DNA of 64,000 bases from Adineta vaga (GCA_021613535.1 CP075492.1:18724001-18788000), one strand, 5' to 3'. Counted from the stretch's first letter, positions 11,924 through 24,742 are shown. Translations and numbers: made by a program. Notes: generated from the sequence alone by a model not told the origin.

Positions 11924-12972
11924 TTAAAGAGATGTTAGCACTGATAAAATCAATCTCTCTTTGTTTCTTCCTACGTTTAACACATGTAAGTGCGAGTGTT
12001 CAAACACAAATGAATATATTCTTCTAGTTTTCTATCAAATAATAATTTCTGTCAGAGGTATATAAATCTTAAAAACGTTTTTGTGAAAAAACCCAGTCAC
12101 TTCTTTTGCAATAAGGAACCAATCGTCTATAATTCATGACAGATGTCACATTTTGTTCGTTCTTTTCTTTTATATATATGGTTTCCATGTAAAATAAAAC
12201 TTTCATCTGCAAACAACACTTCATTCTTTCCTGATAACGTCTTGAAAGGATATAAACCTGTCAAAATCGGATATAAATTGACATATTGAATTACAATCAC
12301 GTTCTTTTGATAAAGTTAGACGTCCCTATATCTTCATGTCAGTTATAATTAATATTCTCATGTTACACATGTTTATTCTTGATTATCAACTTTGAAAAAG
12401 AAAAAAAATATATTCCTGATCAAAGACTGTTTGAATGTGTTAATACAATCAGCCATATTCACAAATTACTTGTTGGTCACCTCACAGCAAAATCGTGGCC
12501 AAAAAGCGATGATTCATACGACTGTTTCATTCTCATGAACAACTTCTCTATTCTCTCTTATATGGCACCTTTCTCTTTGATGATGATCTACTTAATTGGA
12601 TAGCAATTGGCAAAAGGATAGGGAGAGAGAGAAAGGATCAAAAGGTAAAAGAAATTAAAAGAAAAAGTTATGTGCAATGTGACTGTGGAACAATTCGTAT
12701 GTGATCGAAGTTGAAAATGAAACGAATGAATTCTTTTTGGCCACGGCCCCCAGCTATTTCGTGGCCGAAAGGCAATTTGTGAATATGGCTCATTCATTAT
12801 ATACCTTAATAATAAAATCTTTTAAAATACATTGAAAAATCATCAGATAGTTTATAAAGATAATTGTTCATACGCTTACTAGGATAATAAGAACAGCATC
12901 TTTCAAAATACCAACAACAGAAATGATTTGCACTGTGCTCATTGCAACTGAAATTGTGACACGTAAAATATC

Positions 12973-13034
12973 ATCTTGAGGGTGTGGGTGTGAGGATATA
13001 CTAGACAAAATCATACACTCACACCCACCCTCTT
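12973..13034. repeat. Junction element J7
   Basis: atcttgagggtgtgggtgtgag-gatatactagacaaaatcataca-ctcacacccaccctctt. Confidence 0.9.
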
Positions 13035-14110
13035 AAAAATCAATTCAGCTCATTCAGCTGAAATACGATAGAGATATTCAACTTTTGGTGTCCGTTTCCC
13101 AAGCTACTGGACATCCAATAAAATTAACTTTGCTTTCGATTCCTTCAAGAATTGTAAAGGAATCGGCTGATGATGCTGGTTGTTTCGGTGAAATGTTGAC
13201 AGTATGGTTGCTTGACTTCCTCTGAGGATGGTGTGTGTATTTTATTAGGATTAACAATAGAGAAAACTCACAGAAATAAAGAGAAAAATTGTTGAAAAAA
13301 TAGTAGAAGGAGAAACTGACTACTCGATAATGTTTGGTTTTCGGTCCGGATGTGTACTTGTCCGATTTTACCTAAGAAGAAAAAATAGTGATTAAACCTT
13401 TCAAGCCCCGGTTGTTTTTGGAAAAATACAAAATTTATGAAAAATGTTCAAATATATTCTTAAAAAAAATTATACTTCGTGTCCAACAAACATTAGTATT
13501 TTATTCTTATATGACATTCTTCGAAGCAATCAGCAATAGATAGAAGTAGATTTCAGTTGGACAGGCATATCTTGTATCGAGTCGAACATTCTGGGTGATA
13601 ATAGAATGAAAAAGCACAAAATGATAATAAGTCTAGTTGAAAAATTCATATAGGAAATAAAATAATACCCGAGGAAGATACCTTTAGTAAAGTCACACAT
13701 TGTAAATATACATGAACATGCAGAGAGCAAAGAAACGGCGACATATACTGTCTTTATGTAGAACAACAACAGAGAATGTACGACAAGTATATCGACTATA
13801 GATTTCGAGCATGATACCGTGGCTCTAGTCCGTAACCTAACAAATAAAACCCTCTTCCAAATAACCAGAGAATATGCTGATGACATATTTGTCCCGTCAC
13901 TAAATTTGGACGTGCTTATAAGTAACCGATATTCTAGATCGAATACCGAGACATACACATACATCGCCGGGACTCAAACAAATAATTAAGTACCATAAAG
14001 TACTGGGAATTATAACCTCAAAGAAGAATCTACGAATGCTAGAATAAAATATCAAAACATTCTTGCGGCAAGTTTTCAAGGAAACACTATATGGACACAA
14101 CATACCTGGC

Positions 14111-14353
14111 TTAAAGACAAACACCAGGAAAGCCGGAACCTGGAATAGAACCAAGACAACGACAGCCCCAAGGACAAGAATCATCACTGACAGGATAACA
14201 ACCACCACCACTACAAAAAGAAGGTTTCTTCACTAATTGATGGAGAATGTTATTGCGCGATACATCTGGAATTTTAGTTGCTAGTGTCATGCAGCTTATT
14301 ACCATTAAGGCCAAGAGCACGATCAAATGAATCATTTGGCTGATCTTCTGCAT
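14111..14353 (-). CDS. Small secreted 6-Cys peptide precursor (80 aa)
   Basis: Signal peptide, propiece ending VKK, then PSFCSGGGCYPVSDDSCPWGCRCLGSIPGSGFPGVCL. Confidence 0.65.
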   Translation of the reverse strand: MQKISQMIHLIVLLALMVISCMTLATKIPDVSRNNILHQLVKKPSFCSGGGCYPVSDDSCPWGCRCLGSIPGSGFPGVCL

Positions 14354-14646
14354 TATTGTTTCTTGCTTCTCGACACTTGAGGAGACAGTAGTAGATACGT
14401 CAATAACATGCTCCTACAGTTATACGCTGTCGTTAAATACACGCCGATCGCCGAGCCAGGAGGAATCTATGAGAAAAGAGTATTTCTCTAGAAATTGAGA
14501 GAGACAGATGTCTTTTTTTCTCGCGAGGTGAAAGGCCGTTTGACTGTGGGTGGCACTTAATTTTAGTTTATTGAAGCAGGTGAAGTAATTCACGAGGCAA
14601 CCTTTCCAACTGGCTAATAGCTGTCGAGCAGAGGCGTCGAAAGTCG

Positions 14647-14690
14647 GAGAGGGTGTGGTTCTTCTCTTTATAATACCCACACCTTCAAAA
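14647..14690. repeat. Junction element J8
   Basis: gagggtgtggt-tcttctctttataat-acccacaccttcaaaa. Confidence 0.8.
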
Positions 14691-14820
14691 TGTCTCGATG
14701 TACTATTCAGAAGATCTGTCTAACTCTTGGTTTAGACTAGAGATTGGCATGATGGTCCCGCTCATCTCTAGTTTAAAGCTATATTTTATTTTGCAAATAC
14801 ATGAAGCGTAGAACATTAGT

Positions 14821-17800
14821 CTATCGTTGCCAAATACGTTGGATTGACTCAGTGAATTGTTCTCTGTACATCTGTGACGGTAAAACAAATACTGTAAATG
14901 TCATCATCGACGGAATAAAGGAAATAAAATAACCAATGAAATATAACCAAGATTCTCTAGCTGATTTCATACATCCTGATAATAGTGATATAATTAGACG
15001 TGGTAAACTTAATGCAACAAGAATTAATGGTGAAATGAGCAGATGTTTATGTTGTTTAATTTGTTCCATCAAATGTTCTTTAAATAACTTTTTTTTTTGA
15101 CAATTTGAACGAGTAAGAGCTGCACTTATAATAATGGTTAAAGCTGAAATACAGTTAATCGAGAATGGAACAAGAAAATGAAAGATATTTATAATCCAGT
15201 CTAATATTTGTATAGATGATGAATATTTGTTTACACACCATGTACGTTTTTCTTCTTCTTCTTCTTCTTCTTCATCGATTAAATAACGATTAAGTGGATC
15301 ATAAATATAACTAGAAATTGTTAAAAGAGTAACAATGAAAATAATCCATTTAGACATTTGTTTACTTTTTGATTTATCAAAATGAATTCCTTTTAAAATA
15401 TTAACAGCTCGTTCAATGGCAACACAGGCACTAAACCAATCACTAATACTTGAAAGACATCGAAGAAAAAAATCTATGAATACACATTGAACATATAAAA
15501 ATAAACGATTGTTAATTAAACCGATGTGTGACGCTAGGAGAAAACAAATCTTCATTATAAGTACTATAACGATGATCAAAGATAAAATTGATGAAACAAA
15601 AAGATAAATACCACAACCAACTTGACGAGTTATTTCTTCTTTAAATGTTATAATCGATAGGAAACTGTTTATAAAACCTAAAACGAACATAAATATAGTA
15701 CTTAATATTGCAACTTTGATAATAATAGATTGTTGACTAATTCCAGTTCTAGGTTGAATGTGATATCCTAAAATAATATCCAATGAAAGGGTCGCTCCTG
15801 TAGTAGAAAATTGACATCTTCGTCCGAAAGAACATTGACGACAACCACAAATCGATGGTGTTGGACATTTTGGATCATCTTGAAAACAATAACCTTTGTT
15901 TTCACAAATATTATATTCTCCACAAGTATAATTCATATTATGATCAAATTCAAAACAATTAGCTTGTCGATCACGATTACATAAACAGAAGTGTACTTTA
16001 TCATAAAAACAAACTAAATCCAAGTGTTTTTTACATGGACTATGATAAAATTTTATATTTTTTAATAAATGTTGATTAGCAAATGTCTCATTGAAGAGTT
16101 CAATAATAGATCGACACCGATGAGAAGGAATAATTTCTGTAGATATATTTGAAGAAACAATACTTTTTTCCATAAGAACAATTAAATAATATTGATCAGA
16201 CATTTCTGCAAAGGCAATATTGAACGGCTCTGTAACATAAACTACCAATGAATATTGAACAAATCCTATTTTTTTAAAAATACTTCTTCTTTTAAGTTTC
16301 TTTTGCTTACCAATGGTTACGAAATGAACTAGTAAAAGTGATGGAATAGATACTTTACGATGAAATGATATATGAATTCGAGTTCGTTTTTTTTCATATT
16401 GACAACGAGGTCCAGTATATTCTTCCTTACAAATACATATATAATCATTCGAATCGCTTGATACGTGTCGGATATCTTTTGGTATATACTGTCCACCATG
16501 AAGACAGAGCTCAGCATAGGATGAATGCTGAGAAAGATAACATCGTGAACCAAATCGACCAGGTGGACATAAACAGATGGAATCACTAATACAAACTGAA
16601 TCTGCTGAACAATTACATTCATATTCAATATCACATTGAACACCTGACCAACGTGGTTCACATCGGCAAAATGTTGACATTGGATCGTTGATATAGGCAA
16701 AGCATTGACCATGAATGCATGGTAACATGCATTTATATTGAACGTTTATATTGAACGCGGGAATTTTAAGTAAAACGGCTAAACGATGTACAGGAAGGAA
16801 TGGAAATCGAAGCGGAAAAATCCAACTGATCCGATAATTCAATGTCAATTGATTGAATGCATCTATTTGTACTGAATACGTTTTTGATAAGTTTTTTGAG
16901 CTTGTTGAATAGAGTAAATAAATATTATATTTATTTCGACATTCTCTAATAGGTAGATATTCAATATGATCATGTGATTGAATATTTCTTTCATTATCAA
17001 TTAGAGTAATTAAAAAAATGAATATACTTTGCCAATCTTCCGATATTTGTATCTGAACTGTAAGACTAACACGTTGATTTTGATATTGACATTTATCTCC
17101 AGAATAACTTGGTGGACATAGACAATATGATTTCTTAGTATCATCATCCATTCGAATTCGAATAGTTATCCCTCGATTACATAACCATTCATAATCAGAA
17201 TTAAATTCTATTGGATCTACAAATAACGAACGATCCTGATCTTCAAAAAAAGCTGAACGGGTATCAGTGCTTAATGACAATGGATAATTTTTCATATTGT
17301 ATAATTTGAAATAAGTATTTGCTGCTCGAAAGACAGTTCTATCTTTACATACAAATGATTCGATATTTCTCACTGGAGGATGACAGTTCATGAGTCCAGA
17401 AAGTTTAAAGTTCTTACAGAATGATTCATCATCATTAAATTTACAGTCTGTTTGATTGTTGCAAATTTTATCAAGTTTAATAGACTTCGAATCATTCCAA
17501 CAATGAAAGTCATATTCGACACCATTCATACTTTCTCTCGAATAAGATTTTCGTTCATCTGTTCCACCGAGACAATTATCAATACCATCGCCAGCTTGAT
17601 GAATTGGTAAACATGACACTTTTGATGTATCATTATGAAAAATACAGCTATGATGAAGTACAGGACAAGTCGAAGATAAACAATCAACTTCATCAGCTCC
17701 ATCTTTACACAACCAATGTCGATTACATCTTGTATAAGTGTTACTACATGGCCAATCGTCACATTTCGTTTCATCCGTTTCATATTCGTCATCTATTAAT

Positions 17801-19437
17801 ATAGGTAACAAATCTGTTCTTACATCGCATATCGTTTGAAAGTATATAGAAGTTCGGATTAAGTTTTTTTCAATGTTTTCATCTACACCATTTGTACAAT
17901 CTTCTTTCTTATCTTCAATAATTAATGATGCAAAACACTTTTCTTGTCCATTCGAATAACACTTAAAACGTTGTCGAACATCATTCAGTAAACAACTTTG
18001 ATTAAATATTTCATCATCATCAAATGGACAATCTCGTATACCATCAACAAGGCGTTGTTTAGAAATACATTTCGTTGAGTTTAAACATCGATACATAGTT
18101 GAATAATTACAATGATCTATTTCATTCGTTGGTATCAAACATCCACGGAATATATTTTTAATATTTTGAACAAGAGTTTTTATAGTAAAGTCTGAATCTG
18201 TACTTTTCAACCCTAACTCGGTAAAATGTCGACAAGTGAAATTATTAAACTTATTTGTAGCCGGTAGAAAATCTGAACATAGTTTTTCATCATAACACAC
18301 AAATTCAGGTAGAGAAAATTGACCAAACTCGATTGATTCATTCGAATACATCAACCGCGCATGTCCCAAGAGGAGAGAAACATAACGAAATTCGTATAGC
18401 ATTGGACACATGTCTTTTATACAGGTTAAATCTGAGCAAAACTCTTCACACCATTCACGATCGACTAGATTGTAGAGTTTCATGGAACAACCTGTAGCAT
18501 TAGAGCAAAAATCAGCTTGCAGATGAGAAGTACGGCGATTCTCACATATGTCGATCCCATTCGTGCATTCTCCATCACCGCATGGAAAGTCATTTGGCCC
18601 TGGTCGACACACATGTTCTTCGCAGCGGAACACTGGGTACGAATAACAGCTACTGCTAAGATCTTGTGGCCCTGACTCGTCTGTTCTATCCAAACAATCT
18701 GGATGTCTTCCATCATCATTAAAAAATTCTATTGGAATGCATAAACCATTATGACAGCGAAATTCTTTATCATTACATTGATTGATTTCAAGTTGCCAAC
18801 AATTGTTTTCATCAGAATTATCTACACATTCACTTTTTCCATTGCAAATCTCTCGCCAATCCAAACATGACAGTTTTGTTTGACAATTTAGATGTTGATA
18901 ACATGTCATTTCAGTTTTCTGCTCTATTTCATCTTTTTTTCGAAAAGCGTACTTAACAATATCATCGAACGATCTACCCATTCCATAATCAAATGTAAAA
19001 CGGCATAAAGGTCCAAACCATGGTGATGTACAATTATAAAATAACATTTCTCTCCAGGATAAAAAATTTAAATCGTTATTCAAAAAAATTTCGTATCTTT
19101 CAGCTAAATCGATCGAAGCGGACCATTGAAGTAACATATTACTAGTGATATTTTCTTCTTTTAATTTAGCAAAAGTTAAATTAAAGTCAATTGAATTTGT
19201 AGAATCCAAGTCTTCCATAAAGTTATTTTCTTCTGACGCTTGAAGGCAATATAAAGTCGACTGATACACAACAAATTTAAGATCTTCATACTCGTTAATT
19301 TTATATTCAGAATTGTAATATGAAAGACAATCTTCATTTTGATGACTAATAATATTAAACCGATACTGTGTCACTGATTGAATATTCCATATGAACAAAA
19401 TCCATAGCAGAAACATACTATGGATTAAAATACGCAC
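14821..19437 (-). CDS. LDL-receptor class A / EGF-repeat 7TM GPCR (~1538 aa)
   Basis: Multiple LDLa repeats (C..GSDE/GADE-like), EGF repeats, C-terminal 7TM with ACVAIERA; start codon uncertain (GTG). Confidence 0.85.
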   Translation of the reverse strand: MRILIHSMFLLWILFIWNIQSVTQYRFNIISHQNEDCLSYYNSEYKINEYEDLKFVVYQSTLYCLQASEENNFMEDLDSTNSIDFNLTFAKLKEENITSNMLLQWSASIDLAERYEIFLNNDLNFLSWREMLFYNCTSPWFGPLCRFTFDYGMGRSFDDIVKYAFRKKDEIEQKTEMTCYQHLNCQTKLSCLDWREICNGKSECVDNSDENNCWQLEINQCNDKEFRCHNGLCIPIEFFNDDGRHPDCLDRTDESGPQDLSSSCYSYPVFRCEEHVCRPGPNDFPCGDGECTNGIDICENRRTSHLQADFCSNATGCSMKLYNLVDREWCEEFCSDLTCIKDMCPMLYEFRYVSLLLGHARLMYSNESIEFGQFSLPEFVCYDEKLCSDFLPATNKFNNFTCRHFTELGLKSTDSDFTIKTLVQNIKNIFRGCLIPTNEIDHCNYSTMYRCLNSTKCISKQRLVDGIRDCPFDDDEIFNQSCLLNDVRQRFKCYSNGQEKCFASLIIEDKKEDCTNGVDENIEKNLIRTSIYFQTICDVRTDLLPILIDDEYETDETKCDDWPCSNTYTRCNRHWLCKDGADEVDCLSSTCPVLHHSCIFHNDTSKVSCLPIHQAGDGIDNCLGGTDERKSYSRESMNGVEYDFHCWNDSKSIKLDKICNNQTDCKFNDDESFCKNFKLSGLMNCHPPVRNIESFVCKDRTVFRAANTYFKLYNMKNYPLSLSTDTRSAFFEDQDRSLFVDPIEFNSDYEWLCNRGITIRIRMDDDTKKSYCLCPPSYSGDKCQYQNQRVSLTVQIQISEDWQSIFIFLITLIDNERNIQSHDHIEYLPIRECRNKYNIYLLYSTSSKNLSKTYSVQIDAFNQLTLNYRISWIFPLRFPFLPVHRLAVLLKIPAFNINVQYKCMLPCIHGQCFAYINDPMSTFCRCEPRWSGVQCDIEYECNCSADSVCISDSICLCPPGRFGSRCYLSQHSSYAELCLHGGQYIPKDIRHVSSDSNDYICICKEEYTGPRCQYEKKRTRIHISFHRKVSIPSLLLVHFVTIGKQKKLKRRSIFKKIGFVQYSLVVYVTEPFNIAFAEMSDQYYLIVLMEKSIVSSNISTEIIPSHRCRSIIELFNETFANQHLLKNIKFYHSPCKKHLDLVCFYDKVHFCLCNRDRQANCFEFDHNMNYTCGEYNICENKGYCFQDDPKCPTPSICGCRQCSFGRRCQFSTTGATLSLDIILGYHIQPRTGISQQSIIIKVAILSTIFMFVLGFINSFLSIITFKEEITRQVGCGIYLFVSSILSLIIVIVLIMKICFLLASHIGLINNRLFLYVQCVFIDFFLRCLSSISDWFSACVAIERAVNILKGIHFDKSKSKQMSKWIIFIVTLLTISSYIYDPLNRYLIDEEEEEEEEKRTWCVNKYSSSIQILDWIINIFHFLVPFSINCISALTIIISAALTRSNCQKKKLFKEHLMEQIKQHKHLLISPLILVALSLPRLIISLLSGCMKSARESWLYFIGYFISFIPSMMTFTVFVLPSQMYREQFTESIQRIWQR

Positions 19438-19674
19438 CTTTTTCTAAAAAATGAATTATTAACTTTTTTCTTCTAATAACATAGTATTATATTTAAGAGA
19501 CTCATTTGACACGTTCAACTAAACTAATAATGTGTTAAAACATCAGTTTTTTCTCTCTTTACCATACGTGATATGAATGACTTATGGAATACATTCATTT
19601 TAATGTGATTCTCGACAACTTTTTCTTTATAGCTATTTGTATTCATGCAACTATCAGGATTAATCATAGTAATA

Positions 19675-19705
19675 GGTGTTCTCTTTATCAATACCCAACC
19701 CTCAA
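19675..19705. repeat. Junction element J9 (degenerate, spacer like J8)
   Basis: ggtg-ttctctttatcaat-acccaaccctcaa. Confidence 0.6.
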
Positions 19706-19876
19706 CATATTTGTTAGTTTTCTACATTAATTAGTACGCAGAAAGTAACCATAGTGAAACTTCCTGAGCATAAAAGTCATATTTTATTAACAAACCGTCA
19801 GGTCTGCGAATGTCAAACATAAGAAAAAAAGTTCGACTCGGGGAACATAATTGAAACCGACTTATGAAATCTAAAA

Positions 19877-20162
19877 CATAAATGTCCATCGTGGTCAAAA
19901 AATCAGCCGCGGAGGTTTCGAAAAAACTGATGCCGTGACAGTACTAACAATAAAAATATATAAAACTTTCTTTTCGTACAATACCCATTAAATGTGCTGA
20001 CCGAGAAGGAAACTGCTTTTAATCTGAATCATGATACAATTATAATCTCAAGCATTAGGAATTTTAGAGATAAAAATAAAAGAAAAATTTCCAAAAATTC
20101 AACCGCTGCCTCGCCGTACCGTGACGGTAACGAAGAGTTGGCTGCCGCCATGGACATCTCTG
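19877..20162. mobile_element. Old hAT-like MITE
   Basis: Imperfect TIRs cataaatgtccat / atggacatctctg; 6/8 matching flanks atctaaaa/atttgaaa. Confidence 0.45.
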
Positions 20163-20182
20163 ATTTGAAATTAATATAAATC

Positions 20183-20220
20183 GGGTGTGGGTGTATCTTT
20201 CTCTTATACCACACCCACCC
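20183..20220. repeat. Junction element J10
   Basis: gggtgtgggtg-tatctttctcttata-ccacacccaccc. Confidence 0.85.
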
Positions 20221-20252
20221 AAACAATTAAAAACATAATAAATATTGTTTAT

Positions 20253-21149
20253 TTATAATTGAGCAGTATGAAAAATGATTTCACAAGTATGTTCCCAAAC
20301 TTTTTTTGACATTTCTTCATTTGATACTTCCTTATTTGGGACAGTTTCGCCTTTCTCATCGATGCATCTCCAACCTTTCTCTGTCCCTAATATGCCATGT
20401 ATCATAAATTCCGCACAATCTTCAGGACTGATACCCCAGCCAAGAGCTCTCAAAGCTTTTGCAGGTACTCGAAGATAAATAGGTAAACCATTGGCTATCT
20501 TAGTTCTAACACTACCTGGAGATGCATGTATAAAACTAACATTGGCATTTTCTGGTTGAGAAACAAGATATTGAATGACAAGATCAGTAAATGCCATAGC
20601 ATGATTAGCAGCTGCCAAAAACGAATAATTGTTTTTGAGTGCCATATCATTCCAATTGATTTTCGATGGATTACCTCTTTTACTATTCAAAACAAAGAGA
20701 ACTTTGCCACCATGTGGAGATGATAGAAGTAATGGAAGAAGTTCTTTGACAAATAAAACTCGACCATAATAACTTACAGCCAATTAATCATCAATATTTT
20801 CTTTGGTTGGTGTACGACCAGTTAATGTTAATATGCCTTGAGATAAAACGAGTACATCAACTGCATTAATTTGTTTAGTAATTCTTCGAATTTCAGACAT
20901 TAATGAAACATCGGCACGTATAAAATTTCCATTCGAACCTAATTGAGATAGGATTTCATCGGCAGCAGATTGGTTACGTCCAATAATTGTCACATGAGCG
21001 TCCGGACAGTGTTTACGATATGCAAGAGCGATTCCACAACCAATACCAGATGTACCACCAACTACGACGACATGTAGAGATGGTTGTAAAGAAGACAATA
21101 TTTGTGTGTTCGAGGCAGCGACAGCATGTACATCAGACATGTTATACAA
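20253..21149 (-). pseudogene. Short-chain dehydrogenase/reductase, one in-frame TAA at 20784-20786
   Basis: VVVGGTSGIG, IIGRN, ADVS, YYGR, HASPG motifs; two abutting in-frame ORFs. Confidence 0.8.
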
Positions 21150-21744
21150 CGATTCAAAATCTAAAAATTTTGTTTTTCATAAATCATTTATAGTATGAAT
21201 GAATGCAGAGAAATCTATATTAAGTGTATGAGAAGAGAACGACAACATTATTTTTTGCATCGCCGTAGAGAACAGAGAACAGAAAAAAAATATGAAAACG
21301 AGATGGTTATATAGGATAGAAAAAGGCGAACGTCTGTACTTCTTATACTTTATCGTACTTCTTCGTACGCCTCTTATTTTAAATAAAGCTCCGCAGTAGA
21401 TAAATAATAAAAAATGTTGCATAGCAAGAAAATCAAACCGAAAGGAAATATTGGACGACAAGCTAAAAGTAGAAATGTTTTTTTCTATGAGTCATGTGAA
21501 ATATAAACTTCCAACTCCAATTAATTATACAATATCTTAAAAAACACCCATACAATAATATTCAATAACGTATATTATAGTTACATCAGATTGTTTTCCA
21601 TCGTTAGGACAAGCAATTCGAACAAATAATTTCAAAAATGGTTAAAAATATTTCTCTTGAAATTTTTGTCATAGATGTTTCCACAGTGGAAGAACATTTC
21701 ATTGAATCTAGTATACACACTGGGTCTTGTCTCATATGTAAATC

Positions 21745-22330
21745 GTTTTTAGTGTACTCAAAAAGTGAGTACACTACTATAATCGGTCTGTATGTTCGTC
21801 CGTCCGTTTACACGATAACTCTTCACAACTACATTCGATTGAACTGAAACTTTGTGCACATATTTGTCTCATTAATATCTCGGTCGAGTTCGAAGATGAG
21901 AATGATCTCTCGAGAAATGGCTGAGTTATCGAAAAAATTGTCATTTTTCACCAGACTATCCCTGAGGGGGATACAGGGTTTTTTGAAAAAAACATTTTCT
22001 CTCAAAATTATTTAAAACATGTATGAATCAACTCAGTTTTTAACGCTGATTCCGAATCTGATATTGGTTTTGAGTCAAATCGTATAGTTTACTAATGAAA
22101 AAATGCGCAAAAACTGTATTTTAACATCGAATTGCCTAAATACGTTTCATATGATGTGTAGTTTGGGAGTTTCCCAAATGCTTGGTTTTGTAGCTAGTCG
22201 GAACGACTATCAAAAGAGAAAAATCTGATCTCCAAACCTATTGATATTGATAATCTAGTATGAAAATGCTGATATGTGTATCTATCATAGATCTTTTATA
22301 GATTCATGAGGTTGCATATGACCGTTATTC
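21745..22330 (+). mobile_element. Helentron/DINE-1-like non-autonomous element; related inverted copy at ~48920-49500
   Basis: Subterminal hairpin agtgtactca-aaaag-tgagtacact followed by gtccgtccgt microsatellite; long similarity to the reverse complement of 48920-49500. Confidence 0.6.
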
Positions 22331-22597
22331 CGATAGATTCAAATAAAAAAATTCATTCACAACTCAGCATGAGAAATCTTGCTCCATCGAAACATTTCTC
22401 GTGGTAATTTTGATGCGTAGACATTCTAGAATGGTCCATCTCTCCCATACACTTTTTGCAGTACACATAACTCTCGAATAAAATCCGAAGTTTCCGCATT
22501 TTTTTAATGAACGTATATCTTAGTACTCAGAAAAACGCAGATATATTACATTGTATATTTTTTATCACTTCCCATCGATCTTTTATTCCGTATCCAT

Positions 22598-23268
22598 AAA
22601 AAACATCTCTAGAGTAGATAAACTTTAAAATCATATATGTGGATATTTACACTAACATAAAAACAAATACTGTTGGTTTTTGATACTCTTTTCATAAATA
22701 TAGGAGAAAAATTTATTCTTCTACTGCAGAAAATGCTCAACTTTGTTTTGTATGATGTATATATCAGTATAATGTCAGTGGAAGAATATTTCTGTTAATT
22801 GAAAAGGTAACAACTTCAATACTATGCATGCTGACATCAAAAAATGAGTAATGCAAAGCAAAAATAGGATAAATAGGTAGGTTTTTTTTCTTGTGCTATA
22901 AAAATCGATACAGCAAACGTTAAGAAACTATACTATATTGTTGATGAGTTTTCAGAAAAGTATGAGTATTCACTACTGCACCAGACAACGACAAAACGAA
23001 TGAATAACAAATAGATGTCGTAAAAAATAAACTATGTGATTAGCACCGCTGATATCTATAGCTAAGCTTAATAATCAATTCAGTCGAATTGTTTCTAACT
23101 AGCAACAGAAAATTCCACTATTAACTTTCATTACAGAATAAAATGCCAACATTTTCACTATTTACATGACGTAAAATATTCTTGTATTCTTTCTAATCTT
23201 TAATGCATTTGACAATGTAAAGAAATTCTTTCTTGTGGGTGGGTGTGATTGTATCCCTTCTTCTTTCA
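22598..23268 (+). repeat. Segmental duplication, copy 2 of 8620-9262
   Basis: Colinear similarity ending in the junction element spacer. Confidence 0.9.
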
Positions 23269-23292
23269 TACGCTCACCCACACCAACACCCT
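23232..23292. repeat. Junction element J11 (same spacer as J6)
   Basis: cttgtgggtgggtgtga-ttgtatcccttcttctt-tcatacgctcacccacaccaacaccct. Confidence 0.9.
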
Positions 23293-23357
23293 GTTTTTAT
23301 ATTTTATTCACTAAATCAAAATGGAAAAAATATTTTTTTGATGTGTCAGTATAGTTA

Positions 23358-24026
23358 TTATTGTTCGTTTTCTTCAAGAATCCAAGTGAAAGGATCATCG
23401 TCTTGTTGTCTAGGAACAAATTCAGCTATTTTGTGCGTCCATTTGACTAATTCTTTATCGTAACGTGACATTAAAAACGCAGCCATCATGTCCATACCAG
23501 CCGTGATGCCACTACTCGTCCAAAATTTACCATCAACTGTCCATCGTCCTTTTTCTGTCCAATGAACTTGAGAAAAATTTTGAACAGCAAATTTTTGGAC
23601 ACTCTTATTTGTTGAAGCTTTTTTACCATTGAGAACACCAGCAGCAGCAAGAACAATAGATCCAGTACAAACACTCATCACAATATCTACTTCTTGAACA
23701 CATTTTTGAATAAATTCAACTAATTCTTGTGTAAATTGGGTATCTAGAGGAACGCCAGGTAGAAAAAGAAGATTCAGAGGTGGACATGTTGCATAAGTAC
23801 ATGTTGGTAGTTGTAAGGGTCCTGAAGCAGGAGCAACTGGTTCAAGAGAATCAGAAATATAATGAAAATTCATAGGTATTGCTTTTGATACATATGATGA
23901 TGGAGCAGCTATTGCTTGGAGATATTTAGGAGTTAACATTGTTAACGAATCAATGGAACCTGCTGCATCTAAGAGTTGATACGATTTCAATAAAATAATA
24001 CCAACTTGAAGAGGTATTGCCGTCAT
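23358..24026 (-). CDS. DJ-1/PfpI family protein (222 aa)
   Basis: LFLPG, MSVCTGS nucleophile motif, RWTVDGKFWTSSGITAGMDM, DDPF tail; intronless. Confidence 0.9.
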   Translation of the reverse strand: MTAIPLQVGIILLKSYQLLDAAGSIDSLTMLTPKYLQAIAAPSSYVSKAIPMNFHYISDSLEPVAPASGPLQLPTCTYATCPPLNLLFLPGVPLDTQFTQELVEFIQKCVQEVDIVMSVCTGSIVLAAAGVLNGKKASTNKSVQKFAVQNFSQVHWTEKGRWTVDGKFWTSSGITAGMDMMAAFLMSRYDKELVKWTHKIAEFVPRQQDDDPFTWILEENEQ

Positions 24027-24340
24027 ATTCGATATTGGTTATAACAAAAAATGAAAGCAAAGTAAAAGAATCCACGTGTTTTATAAACATACCTGTATAT
24101 AAATCTATTCTATAGAAAGAGGAAAGAAAAAGAAAATACACTCTTTCTATAGAAAACTAATAACATGTGTATTGTATACAGAGCTGAGACGCATGTACGA
24201 ATTACATGTTGTTACAGGTATGATGTACATACACATGCCTTCACACACTCCTCTCCATCTATTTTTCTATTATCATTAATACATTCTTTTTTATAACGTT
24301 TTGAATGAAGACATCGCTAATAATCGTATCTAAATATAGC

Positions 24341-24358
24341 ATCCACACCCATCCTCAA
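24341..24358. repeat. Half junction element (C-rich arm only)
   Basis: atccacacccatcctcaa. Confidence 0.55.
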
Positions 24359-24742
24359 CTTTCATCGCAACTATTCGGTTGATAAACGCATTCTCAAACA
24401 CACAGATGCTCGTGCTTCTCTCGGCATATTACAAGTCACTACAATAAAGAATAAACATCATTTTCCTGGCAGACCGATAGCTCTGATATGTATTTTCGGA
24501 TTTATTATACCAATTTCTCGAATAGTTTTTATTTATTAATTATCAATAATTTGAAAGCGATTTGTAGTCGTGTTCAGCTTGTATCAGAAATTGTTATCAT
24601 CACACAGAACGTTCTAACCGATCAATTTATTCTACTTTTCACACTTTTTGTTTTTTTGTTTTATCTAGATTATCGTGTTACTTTTCTATCTTCACCTGTC
24701 CATTTCGACACCATATTGTCAAGCATAAAATAGATGAATACT

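Noticed and set aside
16329-18719. Small ORFs overlapping the LDLa-GPCR and other long genes
   Set aside because: Alternate-frame or antisense shadows of long coding regions with no independent support.
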